Positions 1 through 8,346 of a stretch of DNA of 64,000 nucleotides are shown here, one piece after another. The stretch spans positions 2,670 through 66,669 of the forward strand of contig DXMA01000009.1 of assembly GCA_019414445.1 (NCBI GenBank), read 5' to 3'. A program made the position numbers and the translations under genes. Source of the stretch: Collinsella sp. Lineage in GTDB: Bacteria; Actinomycetota; Coriobacteriia; Coriobacteriales; Coriobacteriaceae. The notes beneath the pieces were generated by a model, which worked only from the letters and a program-made list of their open reading frames with translations, made no database searches and had not been told where the DNA came from. Position 1 is the stretch's first letter, and each line of letters opens with the position of its first letter.

Positions 1-270
1 CTCGACGCCATCGGCCTCGGGAACATCCAGGCGCTTGAACGGCGTACGGCTCGTGCCCAGGATGGTGCCGCCGCGGGTGAGGATGCCGCTAAAATCGGCG
101 GGCGACATGACGCGGAACCTGCTGTAGATAAGGCCCTGGTAGCCGTCCTCAAAACCATAGATCTCGATAGGCTCTTCGCTATTGGTCATGAGCGTTTTGA
201 CAATGCCGCGCATGGTGGCGTTGAGCGCCTGGCAGTCGCCGCCACTGGTAAGAAGACCGATCCTGAGCAT
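1..270 (-). CDS. pfkA: 6-phosphofructokinase (N-terminal part; runs off the window edge)
   Basis: Manual translation from the ATG at 270: MLRIGLLTSGGDCQALNATMRGIV...FEDGYQGL...GGTILGTSR. TSGGD and GGTILGTSR are PFK signatures; GGAAGG RBS upstream. Confidence 0.93.
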   Translation of the reverse strand, partial: MLRIGLLTSGGDCQALNATMRGIVKTLMTNSEEPIEIYGFEDGYQGLIYSRFRVMSPADFSGILTRGGTILGTSRTPFKRLDVPEADGVE

Positions 271-308
271 GATGAATCCTTCCGGGCAAGTTATAACATG
301 CGCATAAG

Positions 309-341
309 TTTACCCCCGCACACTGTTGATACGGGGGTAAA
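309..341. terminator. Hairpin / probable intrinsic terminator of the 410-1495 gene
   Basis: TTTACCCCCG...CGGGGGTAAA inverted repeat downstream of the minus-strand CDS. Confidence 0.5.
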
Positions 342-409
342 ACGTGTTAGCTCAAGCGTATAGAAATGTAAGCAACGTCAGGGAACGTAAGGCCGACGGG
401 CCTGGCTCC

Positions 410-1495
410 TTACAGTGCGAAGGCATCGACGTTGCCCCAGTGGCGGCGCAGCGTGATGGCGGCAGCGGGCTCGGTGTTGTCGAAGACGACCGACCACTGC
501 GTGTTGCTGGTGATGTCTTCCGGATTGGGCTCTTGCGCCGCAGCGCGCAGGGCCTTCCAAGCGACTGCCTCGTCTTGGGCACCGACATGGGCGTCGAGGA
601 CATCGGCGATTGCGATGACGCGTTCCTTGCCATGGCCCAGCTCGCCATTCTTTTGGTTGGGCAACACTTCGTTGCCATAGCAGGCGTAGAAGTTCGTAAC
701 CTGGCGTACAGGAGTCGCTTTGAAAGCACGGTCCGGATCGCGCGGATCCCACTCTACTACGCGCGCGTCACCGGCGGCGTCGTTGATAAAGAAGTGGTAA
801 TCGCGTCCGGCCATGGCGTGCATGTCGTAGGCGGAAAGCAGGTCGACGGCCTCTTGCGTGGTAGCCGCGCGGTCGAGCACCAGACGGATGGCGAGCGAGG
901 TATTGATGACGGGGCGCTTTGTGTCCTGGTCACAGGGCTTGGAATCCAGGGTGAGCACGGCAATGGACACGCCGCATTCGTTAACACCGTCGAGCTGGGC
1001 AAACGGGCCCATCAACGCCGCAGCGCGTCCGCCGACGGAGTCAAGCGGAGTGTTATCGCCCAGGTTGTTAAGGGCGGCAAACCCGATGGAGGCATAGCCG
1101 CCGCGTGGGTGATTGCGCACCAGCAGCGCCGAGGTGTCGTCCTTAAAGTCGTAATTGCGACCGGTGCGCACGCGGCCTTCGGCATCTACGGCGACAAAAG
1201 CGCTGCAGGCAAACTGGGGCGCCTGGACATGTGCCGGCACACCGGGCAACACCTGCGCCACCACAGCATCAATGTAGGCCTGGTCATCGCGCACATCGGT
1301 TGCGATGATGCGGTCAAGGTCGTAGTCGTAAGCGATGTCGATTGCGTACAGGTCATAGCCATCCGCATAGTCGGTCAAGCGTTTGAGCGACGCAACGGAC
1401 TTGATTTGCTTGCGGTAAACGATGCCGGCGGCAGCGGCAAGGCCGACGGCGACTCCCGCGACACCGCAGGCGATAGCAATGTTACGTGGCTTCAT
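410..1495 (-). CDS. Ntn-hydrolase of the linear amide C-N hydrolase / choloylglycine hydrolase (NAAA-like) family, N-terminal signal or anchor
   Basis: Internal nucleophile motif FA-CSAF, GRNYD, DGVNECGVSIA, RLVLDRAATTQEAV, VTNF, TQWSVVFD; hydrophobic N-terminus. Confidence 0.8.
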   Translation of the reverse strand: MKPRNIAIACGVAGVAVGLAAAAGIVYRKQIKSVASLKRLTDYADGYDLYAIDIAYDYDLDRIIATDVRDDQAYIDAVVAQVLPGVPAHVQAPQFACSAFVAVDAEGRVRTGRNYDFKDDTSALLVRNHPRGGYASIGFAALNNLGDNTPLDSVGGRAAALMGPFAQLDGVNECGVSIAVLTLDSKPCDQDTKRPVINTSLAIRLVLDRAATTQEAVDLLSAYDMHAMAGRDYHFFINDAAGDARVVEWDPRDPDRAFKATPVRQVTNFYACYGNEVLPNQKNGELGHGKERVIAIADVLDAHVGAQDEAVAWKALRAAAQEPNPEDITSNTQWSVVFDNTEPAAAITLRRHWGNVDAFAL

Positions 1496-1656
1496 GACGG
1501 CTCCTCTCGTCCTGTTAGCGCAATTGTCGCAAAAGGAGCGCGGGCATGATGGCTCAACTTGGTGAGCGGCGCGGAATTAAGCACGGAATGAAGAGTGCGG
1601 CGCTGGCGTGGCGGGGTATGCTGGAGGGGATCATCAGCCCAGCGAAAGGGGAGAAC

Positions 1657-3042
1657 ATGACGGATCAGGAAGCGCCCGAGCGCGTGCACGTGACGGCCGA
1701 CGATATCGAGGCAGCCAACGACCTTATCGACTTTATCGAGGCATGCCCCAGCATGTTCCATACGGCGGCGACCATTATGGCCGAGCTCGACGAGGCGGGC
1801 TTTACCTATCTGCCCGAGAACGCGGCATGGGATATCGAACCGGGCGGTCGTTACTACACGCAGCGCAATACTTCGAGTGTTATCGCCTTTAAGGTGGGCG
1901 AGGACTTGGCTGCGACGTGGGGCGAGGACGGCGTTGCCGGCGACTACCATTTTCAGCTGACGGCGTCGCACAGCGACTCGCCGACGTTTAAGGTCAAGGC
2001 CGTGCCTGAGCTCGACGGCGCGGGCGAGACGCTGCGCCTGAACACCGAGGCCTACGGCGGCATGATCGACTACACCTGGTTCGATCGCCCGCTGGCGCTT
2101 GCGGGTCGCGTACTGGTGCGCGAGGGCGACCGTATTGAGAGCCGCCTGCTTGCCACCGAGCGCGAGGTTGCCATTATTCCGAGCCTTGCCATCCACATGA
2201 ACCGTGGCGTCAACGAGAGCTTTGCTCCCAACCGAGCCGTTGACCTGTGCCCGCTCATCAGCGCTGGTGGCCTTAAGCAGGGCGACTTTGACGCCCTGAT
2301 CGCCGAAGAGCTGGATGTTGAGCCTGAGCAGATCCTGGGCCGCGATCTGTTCCTGGTTAACCGCCAGGATGCGCGCATTTGGGGCTGGGCCGACGAGTTT
2401 ATCTCGACGCCCAAACTTGACGACCTGGCTTGCGCCTACACCTCGCTGCAGGCATTTTTGGGTGCCGAGAACGTGCATGACGTTTCGGTCTTTTGCTGCT
2501 TTGATAACGAGGAGGTTGGCTCCGAGACCAAGCAGGGCGCCATGTCGACGTTCTTGGCCGACGCGCTGCGCCGCATCAACGGATCGCTGGGCTTTGACGA
2601 CGAGTCGTACCACCGTGCGCTTGCCGCTTCGATGCTCGTGAGCTGCGACAACGCGCATGCCGTGCACCCCAACCACGCCGAGAAGTGCGACGCTTGCAAC
2701 CAGGTTGTGCTCAACGGCGGCATCGTCATCAAGGAGGCCGCCAACCAGCACTACTGCACCGACGCCTTTAGCCGCGCGGTGTTCCAGGCTATCTGCGATG
2801 ATGCCGACGTGCCCACGCAGGCCTTTGCCAACAAGAGCGATATGGCCGGCGGTTCTACCCTGGGCAACCTGTCGAACATGCAGGCGAGCATGCATGCCGT
2901 GGACGTGGGCCTGCCGCAGCTGGCCATGCACTCGAGCTACGAGACCGGCGGCGTGCGCGACGTGATGTACGCCATCCACGCCCTCACCGCCTTCTACGAG
3001 CGCAACCTAACCATCAACGGCGCCGAAAGTGTGGAGCTCTAA
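1657..3042 (+). CDS. M18 family (aspartyl) aminopeptidase
   Basis: HSDSP, YGG..WFDR.L, KLDDL, FDNEEVGS, DNAHAVHPN, GGSTLG, AMHS motifs; RBS GAAAGGGG before ATG 1657. Confidence 0.93.
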   Translation: MTDQEAPERVHVTADDIEAANDLIDFIEACPSMFHTAATIMAELDEAGFTYLPENAAWDIEPGGRYYTQRNTSSVIAFKVGEDLAATWGEDGVAGDYHFQLTASHSDSPTFKVKAVPELDGAGETLRLNTEAYGGMIDYTWFDRPLALAGRVLVREGDRIESRLLATEREVAIIPSLAIHMNRGVNESFAPNRAVDLCPLISAGGLKQGDFDALIAEELDVEPEQILGRDLFLVNRQDARIWGWADEFISTPKLDDLACAYTSLQAFLGAENVHDVSVFCCFDNEEVGSETKQGAMSTFLADALRRINGSLGFDDESYHRALAASMLVSCDNAHAVHPNHAEKCDACNQVVLNGGIVIKEAANQHYCTDAFSRAVFQAICDDADVPTQAFANKSDMAGGSTLGNLSNMQASMHAVDVGLPQLAMHSSYETGGVRDVMYAIHALTAFYERNLTINGAESVEL

Positions 3043-3093
3043 AACCTGCCAAAAAGGGATGTTAATTTTGGCAGGTTTTATCTGGGTGAAAAC
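3040..3093 (+). repeat. Dispersed palindromic repeat, family 1, copy A
   Basis: TAAAACCTGCCAAAA-AGGGATGTTAA-TTTTGGCAGGTTTTA-TCTGGG; near-identical to copies at 5311, 15116, 36981 and 41859. Confidence 0.9.
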
Positions 3094-3256
3094 AAAGGGT
3101 GAAACCGAACTAGATCGGTGATGCGTAGCCGCCGAGGTGCAATGTGCCTCGGCGGCTTTTTGTGTACAGAGTACGGCTATTGCTTATAAATGCTATACAT
3201 GCTTTACGTATCTACCATAGAGTTTTATGATAGTCTTGAAGTATTAAGGAGGGGCC

Positions 3257-3637
3257 ATGACCACAACAGCCGCTCAGATCAACGTACGTCTCGATGCCGA
3301 TCTTAAAAGGAGCGGGGACGCCGCTCTCTCCAGGGCCGGTATGACGCCGAGCCAAGCGGTGCGAGCGCTCTGGCAGCTTGCAGCGTCGCTGGCCGATCGC
3401 CCCGGTGCGCTCGAGGATATCCTGCTGCCCAGTCGTGCCCGGGCGGAACAGCGCGAGCACGAAAAGGCCGCCAAACGTAAGCTCGAGCTCATAGATCAGG
3501 GGTCGAAGCTGTTCGCTACCGCTTGTCGTGAGTCGGGAATCGATATGGTCAAGGCTCAGCCATCGGACGACGAAGAGCTCAAACGGAATGCCTATGCGGA
3601 TCGCTATGGCGAGGAGATGAGCTGGCTCTATGAGTGA
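3257..3637 (+). CDS. RelB/DinJ-like ribbon-helix-helix antitoxin
   Basis: N-terminal QINVRLDADLK...L...GMTPSQAVR; overlaps the downstream PIN gene by 8 bp. Confidence 0.8.
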   Translation: MTTTAAQINVRLDADLKRSGDAALSRAGMTPSQAVRALWQLAASLADRPGALEDILLPSRARAEQREHEKAAKRKLELIDQGSKLFATACRESGIDMVKAQPSDDEELKRNAYADRYGEEMSWLYE

Positions 3638-4124
3638 GACTCCAAAGCGCATCTTGGTTGACACCAACGTGTGGCTCGATTACTTCATTCCCTCACGACG
3701 TGGTCGTTCAGTGGCGATTGAGTTTTTACGCAATGCATGCACGGCGCAGGTGGATTTGCTGTATGCGGCGACATCGTCCAAAGACCTGTTCTATTTGATT
3801 TCAAGCGAACATAAGGCATGGTATCGGCGAGAGCACGGTTCGCTTTCCCAGAATGCCGCTATGGCAGCGACTTCGCTTGCATGGGATTGTCTTAGCGTGT
3901 TGTCGCAGCTTGCCACGCCAGTGCCCTGTGACCTGAGCGACATATGGATGGCGAACAGGCAGCGTGAGCTCCATAGCGATTACGAAGACGATTTAATCAT
4001 TGCGGCAGCGATACGCGCTCAAGCAGATCTACTGGTCACCAACGATGCCAAACTCTGTTCACACGCACCCGTCGCAGCAATGAACGTCGAAAACGCAAGA
4101 AACTATCTAACAACGCTCAAATAG
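3630..4124 (+). CDS. PIN-domain (VapC-like) toxin
   Basis: ILVDTNVWLD, DYEDD, LLVTND motifs of PIN nucleases. Confidence 0.88.
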   Translation: MSETPKRILVDTNVWLDYFIPSRRGRSVAIEFLRNACTAQVDLLYAATSSKDLFYLISSEHKAWYRREHGSLSQNAAMAATSLAWDCLSVLSQLATPVPCDLSDIWMANRQRELHSDYEDDLIIAAAIRAQADLLVTNDAKLCSHAPVAAMNVENARNYLTTLK

Positions 4125-4210
4125 CTCTAAACCTCACTGGCCGAATAATAGTCAGCGAATGCCCCCAGGCAGGGCCGCGCCAGCCAGTCCCTACAGGTTG
4201 AACAAAAGTC

Positions 4211-4354
4211 AGCGAGAGCCCGTCTGGGCGAGCAAGGTGCCTTGAAACAAGGCGGCATTGACCTTCTGGTCATGCCGCCGAAGTTGAAAGGCAGATTGCC
4301 GTCCAGACGGGCTCGCAGCGTCGGCTCATTACGCCGTTTGTAAAACGGCGTAAT
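4211..4354. other. Long imperfect fold-back element plus terminator-like hairpin between convergent genes
   Basis: GAGCCCGTCTGG(4216)/CCAGACGGGCTC(4303) outer stem, inner GGCGGCATTGACC/GGTCATGCCGCC stem; ATTACGCCGTTT/AAACGGCGTAAT hairpin at 4328-4354. Confidence 0.6.
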
Positions 4355-4356
4355 TC

Positions 4357-5292
4357 TTAGTGTTCGATCCAGCAGCGCAGGGTCTCGCCGGCCTGCAGGT
4401 GACGCAGATTCTCCGCGGCGATGTCTATGACGTTGTTGAGCGTGGCTGCCAGGTGGAACCAGCCGGAGACGTGCGGCGTGATGAGCATGTTGGGCGCATC
4501 CCACAGGGGGCTTGTCGCAGGCAGCGGCTCAGGGTTGGTGACGTCGACCGCGGCGCCGGCGAGATGTCCTGACTCCAGGGCGGCAACTAAGTCGTCGGCG
4601 ACCACAAGATCGCCGCGGCCGCCGTTGGCAAAGAAGGCGCCCGGCTTCATCGCGGCGAAGAACTCGGCGTTCGCCAGGCCTTGGGTTTCGGGTGTGCTGG
4701 GCATAAAGGATGCGACGATATCAGCCTCGGCAAGGCGCTCGGGCAGGGCGTCCATACCGTCCATGTCCTCAAACACAATGGGATAGACGAGCGGATGACG
4801 CTTGATGCCGCGGACGTGCGCGCCCATGCTGCGGCAGAGCGTGGCAAAGTGGCCGCCAATGTCGCCCGCGCCCAGCACCAGCACGTTGGCATTTTTGAGC
4901 GAGGTGACCGGCCCCAAATCCTCCCAGCGATGCTCGCGCTGCAAGTCGTGATAGCCGGGCAGGCGCTTCATCATGGAAAGGACCATGGCAAACATGTGCT
5001 CGCTCACGGCCTGGCCGTAGGCGCCCACCGAGCAGGAAAGCCTAGCGTCGGCTGGCACGGTGCCGGCGGCCAAGTAATCGTCATAGCCCGCGGTCTGCAG
5101 TTGCAGCAGCTGGAGGTGCTCGCATGCGGTAAGCAGGGCAGGGTCGATATTGCCCAGGATCACGTCGGCGTCGGCAACCTGCTCGCGCGTGACGGCGTCG
5201 GCGCTCGTGTAGATAAAGTCCTCGCCCGGAGCGCTCGACTCGAGGATTGCGCGGTGACGATCGTTGGCGGGCAGCAAAACCAAGATGTTCAA
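4357..5292 (-). CDS. D-2-hydroxyacid dehydrogenase (NAD(P)-dependent)
   Basis: GAGDIG Rossmann motif, NGGRG, AAVDVTNPEPL, ITPHVSG; likely TTG start at 5292 with GGAGAGG RBS. Confidence 0.9.
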   Translation of the reverse strand: MNILVLLPANDRHRAILESSAPGEDFIYTSADAVTREQVADADVILGNIDPALLTACEHLQLLQLQTAGYDDYLAAGTVPADARLSCSVGAYGQAVSEHMFAMVLSMMKRLPGYHDLQREHRWEDLGPVTSLKNANVLVLGAGDIGGHFATLCRSMGAHVRGIKRHPLVYPIVFEDMDGMDALPERLAEADIVASFMPSTPETQGLANAEFFAAMKPGAFFANGGRGDLVVADDLVAALESGHLAGAAVDVTNPEPLPATSPLWDAPNMLITPHVSGWFHLAATLNNVIDIAAENLRHLQAGETLRCWIEH

Positions 5293-5310
5293 GAGAATTC
5301 CTCTCCGCTT

Positions 5311-5364
5311 AACCTGCCAAAAAGGGACAGGTTTATTTTGGCAGGTTTTATCAGACAAAACGTT
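5311..5364 (+). repeat. Dispersed palindromic repeat, family 1, copy B
   Basis: AACCTGCCAAAAAGGGACAGGTTTATTTTGGCAGGTTTTATCAGACAAAACGTT. Confidence 0.9.
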
Positions 5365-5422
5365 CAAACAAAAACGCCGGATGCAAGACGAGCGTGCCCG
5401 TCAGCATCCGGCGCATCCGCGG

Positions 5423-6310
5423 CTACCAGCTGAGCAGCTCGTAGCCGTCCTCGGTCACCACGAGCTGTACCTCGCACTGGGCCGAATCGCTGCCGTCCTT
5501 GGTGCGCACGCACCAACCATCGCCCTTGCTAATCTTGATGTCGGGCGCTCCGGCGTTGACCATGGGCTCGATGGTAAAGACCATGCCCGGGGCCATGATG
5601 GTGTCCACATCGGGCGCCTCGGTGGTAAAGCCCACAAACGGGTCCTCGTGGAACTCCTTGCCAATGCCGTGTCCGCCGTACTCGCGCACCACGCTAAAGC
5701 CAGCGTCCTCGACCGTCTTTTGCACGGCCTCGGCCATAACGGAGAGCGGCAGCCACGGCTTGACGGCGGCCAGACCCGCCTCCACGCTGGCACGGGTGAC
5801 GTCGACCAGGCGCTGGCGCTCGGCCGAGACCTCGCCGATACAGAACATGCGGCTCGAGTCGCTAAAGTATCCGTCCAAGATCGTAGAGCAGTCCACGTTG
5901 ATGATGTCGCCCTCGTGCAGCACGTCCGTATCGCAGGGGATGCCGTGGCAGACCACGTCGTTTATCGAGGTGCACACGCTCTTGGGGTAGCCTTCGTAGT
6001 TGAGATCGGCCGGCGTGCCGCCATGCTCGACGGTGTAGTCGTAGATCATCTGGTCGATCTGGTTGGTGGTCATGCCCGCGGCGATGTGCTCGCCCACGTA
6101 GTCGAGCACGCCTACGTTGATGGCGGCCGAACGCTTGATGCCCTCGATATCGGCGGGCGTCTTGTAGAGCGTGCGGGGCAGAACCTCCCAGCCCTCTTCC
6201 CACAGGCGCTCGAGGCGCTCGTCGAAGGCACTGTGGCATTTCTTATATTTTTTGCCGCTGCCGCACCAGCAAGCGTCGTTGCGGCCGGGCACGAGTCCAT
6301 TGTCAAACAT
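5423..6310 (-). CDS. map: Type I methionine aminopeptidase with N-terminal SEC-C zinc motif
   Basis: GRNDACWCGSGKKYKKCH, CHGIP, GDIINVD, DSSRM, GHGIG..FHE, FTIEPM; RBS AAAGGAAG before ATG 6310. Confidence 0.95.
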   Translation of the reverse strand: MFDNGLVPGRNDACWCGSGKKYKKCHSAFDERLERLWEEGWEVLPRTLYKTPADIEGIKRSAAINVGVLDYVGEHIAAGMTTNQIDQMIYDYTVEHGGTPADLNYEGYPKSVCTSINDVVCHGIPCDTDVLHEGDIINVDCSTILDGYFSDSSRMFCIGEVSAERQRLVDVTRASVEAGLAAVKPWLPLSVMAEAVQKTVEDAGFSVVREYGGHGIGKEFHEDPFVGFTTEAPDVDTIMAPGMVFTIEPMVNAGAPDIKISKGDGWCVRTKDGSDSAQCEVQLVVTEDGYELLSW

Positions 6311-6384
6311 GGCTAACTTCCTTTCATTCGCAGCTAGTATAGCCCACCCCATCAGCCAAGTACCGGGTAGTCTGTGCGGTTCTG

Positions 6385-7161
6385 CTAGTAGCTCACCTGG
6401 CAGGGGATGCCGAGCGCGCGCACGCGTGCGGCGATTGTGTCGAGCACCACGGGCGCTGCTTTGGCAAGGCCGGCGACCGGTGTCTCGCGCGCCACCGTGT
6501 AGATGGTCGCCTCCTGCGGGCGAATGCGCTCGAGCGCCGCGAGCCAAGGGCCGACGTACGCTTCACCAGTGTTATCGAGGGACTTGCCCTGGTACTCGCC
6601 GTTCAAAAAGATCGTCTGGATAATAACGTGGCCGTTAAAGCTCGCGAACGTCTCGATCTGGTGCTCGACGTCGTAGGGGCCAACGGGCTGGTCGAGCAGC
6701 TGGATAAAAGCCGGGTCGACCGTATCGAGCTTGAGGATGTTGTCGTCGACCATCATGAGCGCATCGTGCACAGCGGGCTGGTCAGCGCGCGTGCCATTGG
6801 AGAGCACGGCGATCTTGGTGTTCGGGGCCAGCTGGTCGCGAAGTGCGATGGCGCCGGCGATAGCCTGCGGAAACTCCGGTGCGGCGGTGGGCTCGCCATT
6901 GCCGGCGAAGGTGATTACATCGGGCAGCTCGCCCTCGGCTGCCATCTCGCGCAGCTTGGCCTCGAGTGCGTCGAGCACCCCGGCGGCCGTGTTATACGGC
7001 TCATGGCAGGGGCGCTCGGCGTTAAGGCCGTTCTCGCAGTAGATGCAGTCGAACGTGCAGATCTTGCCCGACGCCGGCATCATGTTGACACCGAGCGAAA
7101 GGCCCAGGCGGCGACTGCGCACCGGTCCAAAGATGGGGCTGGCATTTAAAAACGTAGACAT
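6385..7161 (-). CDS. Radical SAM protein (uncharacterised)
   Basis: FGPVRSRRLGLSLG, CxxxCxxC (CTFDCIYC), GNGEPT; start 7161 or 7167. Confidence 0.88.
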   Translation of the reverse strand: MSTFLNASPIFGPVRSRRLGLSLGVNMMPASGKICTFDCIYCENGLNAERPCHEPYNTAAGVLDALEAKLREMAAEGELPDVITFAGNGEPTAAPEFPQAIAGAIALRDQLAPNTKIAVLSNGTRADQPAVHDALMMVDDNILKLDTVDPAFIQLLDQPVGPYDVEHQIETFASFNGHVIIQTIFLNGEYQGKSLDNTGEAYVGPWLAALERIRPQEATIYTVARETPVAGLAKAAPVVLDTIAARVRALGIPCQVSY

Positions 7162-7337
7162 AGGCATATGCTCCTTGGGACAGTTGTGCCTAAGCATAGC
7201 ATCGGTGCCAAAGTCTGATTCGGGCTTGTGCTTTTCAGATTTCGTTTTTTCACGCTGCCCTCGATGTCCGCGCTATGAGAGGTTCCCGGTTGGGTACAGT
7301 TAATGCGTTAACAAGGTGCAAGGCGATGGGGCACAAC

Positions 7338-8135
7338 ATGGATTTTACGGTCGAGAATGCGGGCACCACGATTGCCTGTCGCGAGTTTGCCGAGCCGGGC
7401 GTGCCGTCGGATGCGCCTGCCTTGGTGTGCGTGCACGGCGCTTGCGTCGACGGCACATTTTTTGACGGGATCGCCCGCGAGCTCGCCTGCGGCTATCGCG
7501 TAATTGCCTACGACCGCCGCGGTTGCGGCGAGAGCGGCGATGCCGCGGACGGGCGCTACGACCTCGCCGCCCAGGCCGCCGACCTGCAGGCCGTTATCGA
7601 GCATGTCGGCGCCCCGGCAAATGTCCTCGCGCACAGCGCCGGTACGCTGGTGACCCTGGAGCTTCTCCGTACAAACCCGGCCATTGTCTCGCGCGCGATG
7701 CTGCACGAACCCGCCGTGAAAAACGAGGGCGCTGGCCTGGGCACGGCCCCGGTTTTGCTCGAGATGATTGCTGCGGGAAAGGTCTCGAGGGCATTAAGAG
7801 CCTTCCTGAGTGCCATCAGTGATTCGGATCCTCAAGCTCCCAAGACAACCGAGGCGGAAGCCAAGCATGCCCTGCGCAACGGCCGCAGCTTTATGGCAAA
7901 CGAATACGGGATCATTATGACCTGCGTTCCCGATTGGGATCGCGTCCGCGCATCGAAAACAGTGGCCGCCGTGTTTTTGGGCGAGCTCTCGATTGGCACG
8001 CCCCGCGAAGCGGGCACGAGAGCGTCGGCTGAGCTTTTGGGCTGTCCGCTCGTAACGGTCCCCGGCGCGCACAACGGGCTGCGCGATCGACCGGTAGCGG
8101 CTGCCCAGGCCGTCCGTGGCGTCCTAGGGTTCTAG
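7338..8135 (+). CDS. Alpha/beta fold hydrolase
   Basis: VHG oxyanion motif, YDRRGCGES, nucleophile elbow AHSAG, C-terminal His (GAH). Confidence 0.88.
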   Translation: MDFTVENAGTTIACREFAEPGVPSDAPALVCVHGACVDGTFFDGIARELACGYRVIAYDRRGCGESGDAADGRYDLAAQAADLQAVIEHVGAPANVLAHSAGTLVTLELLRTNPAIVSRAMLHEPAVKNEGAGLGTAPVLLEMIAAGKVSRALRAFLSAISDSDPQAPKTTEAEAKHALRNGRSFMANEYGIIMTCVPDWDRVRASKTVAAVFLGELSIGTPREAGTRASAELLGCPLVTVPGAHNGLRDRPVAAAQAVRGVLGF

Positions 8136-8346
8136 CAGCCGCAATAATCAAAACGGGCTTTTCCCGTAAACATTTCGACCGTGTTAACAGATGCGCCCAG
8201 AACCTTACGGCTGCGGCTTCAGCCCTACCGTCTGCCAACTCATGAAAAAGAAACGGTATTCACGTGCGTACCTGCATCGACAAGGTGCTACCCTTGTAAC
8301 ATTTGGCACCCACTGCTACCAAGCAAAACTACTGAAAGGGCCCCCT

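Noticed and set aside
6230..6310. SEC-C zinc motif fused to MetAP as a novelty
   Set aside because: This fusion is a familiar architecture in gut anaerobes.
8136..8346. c-di-GMP riboswitch upstream of the HD-GYP gene
   Set aside because: Could not find the two-stem GEMM architecture; only a weak GCAAAAC..GAAAG resemblance next to the RBS.
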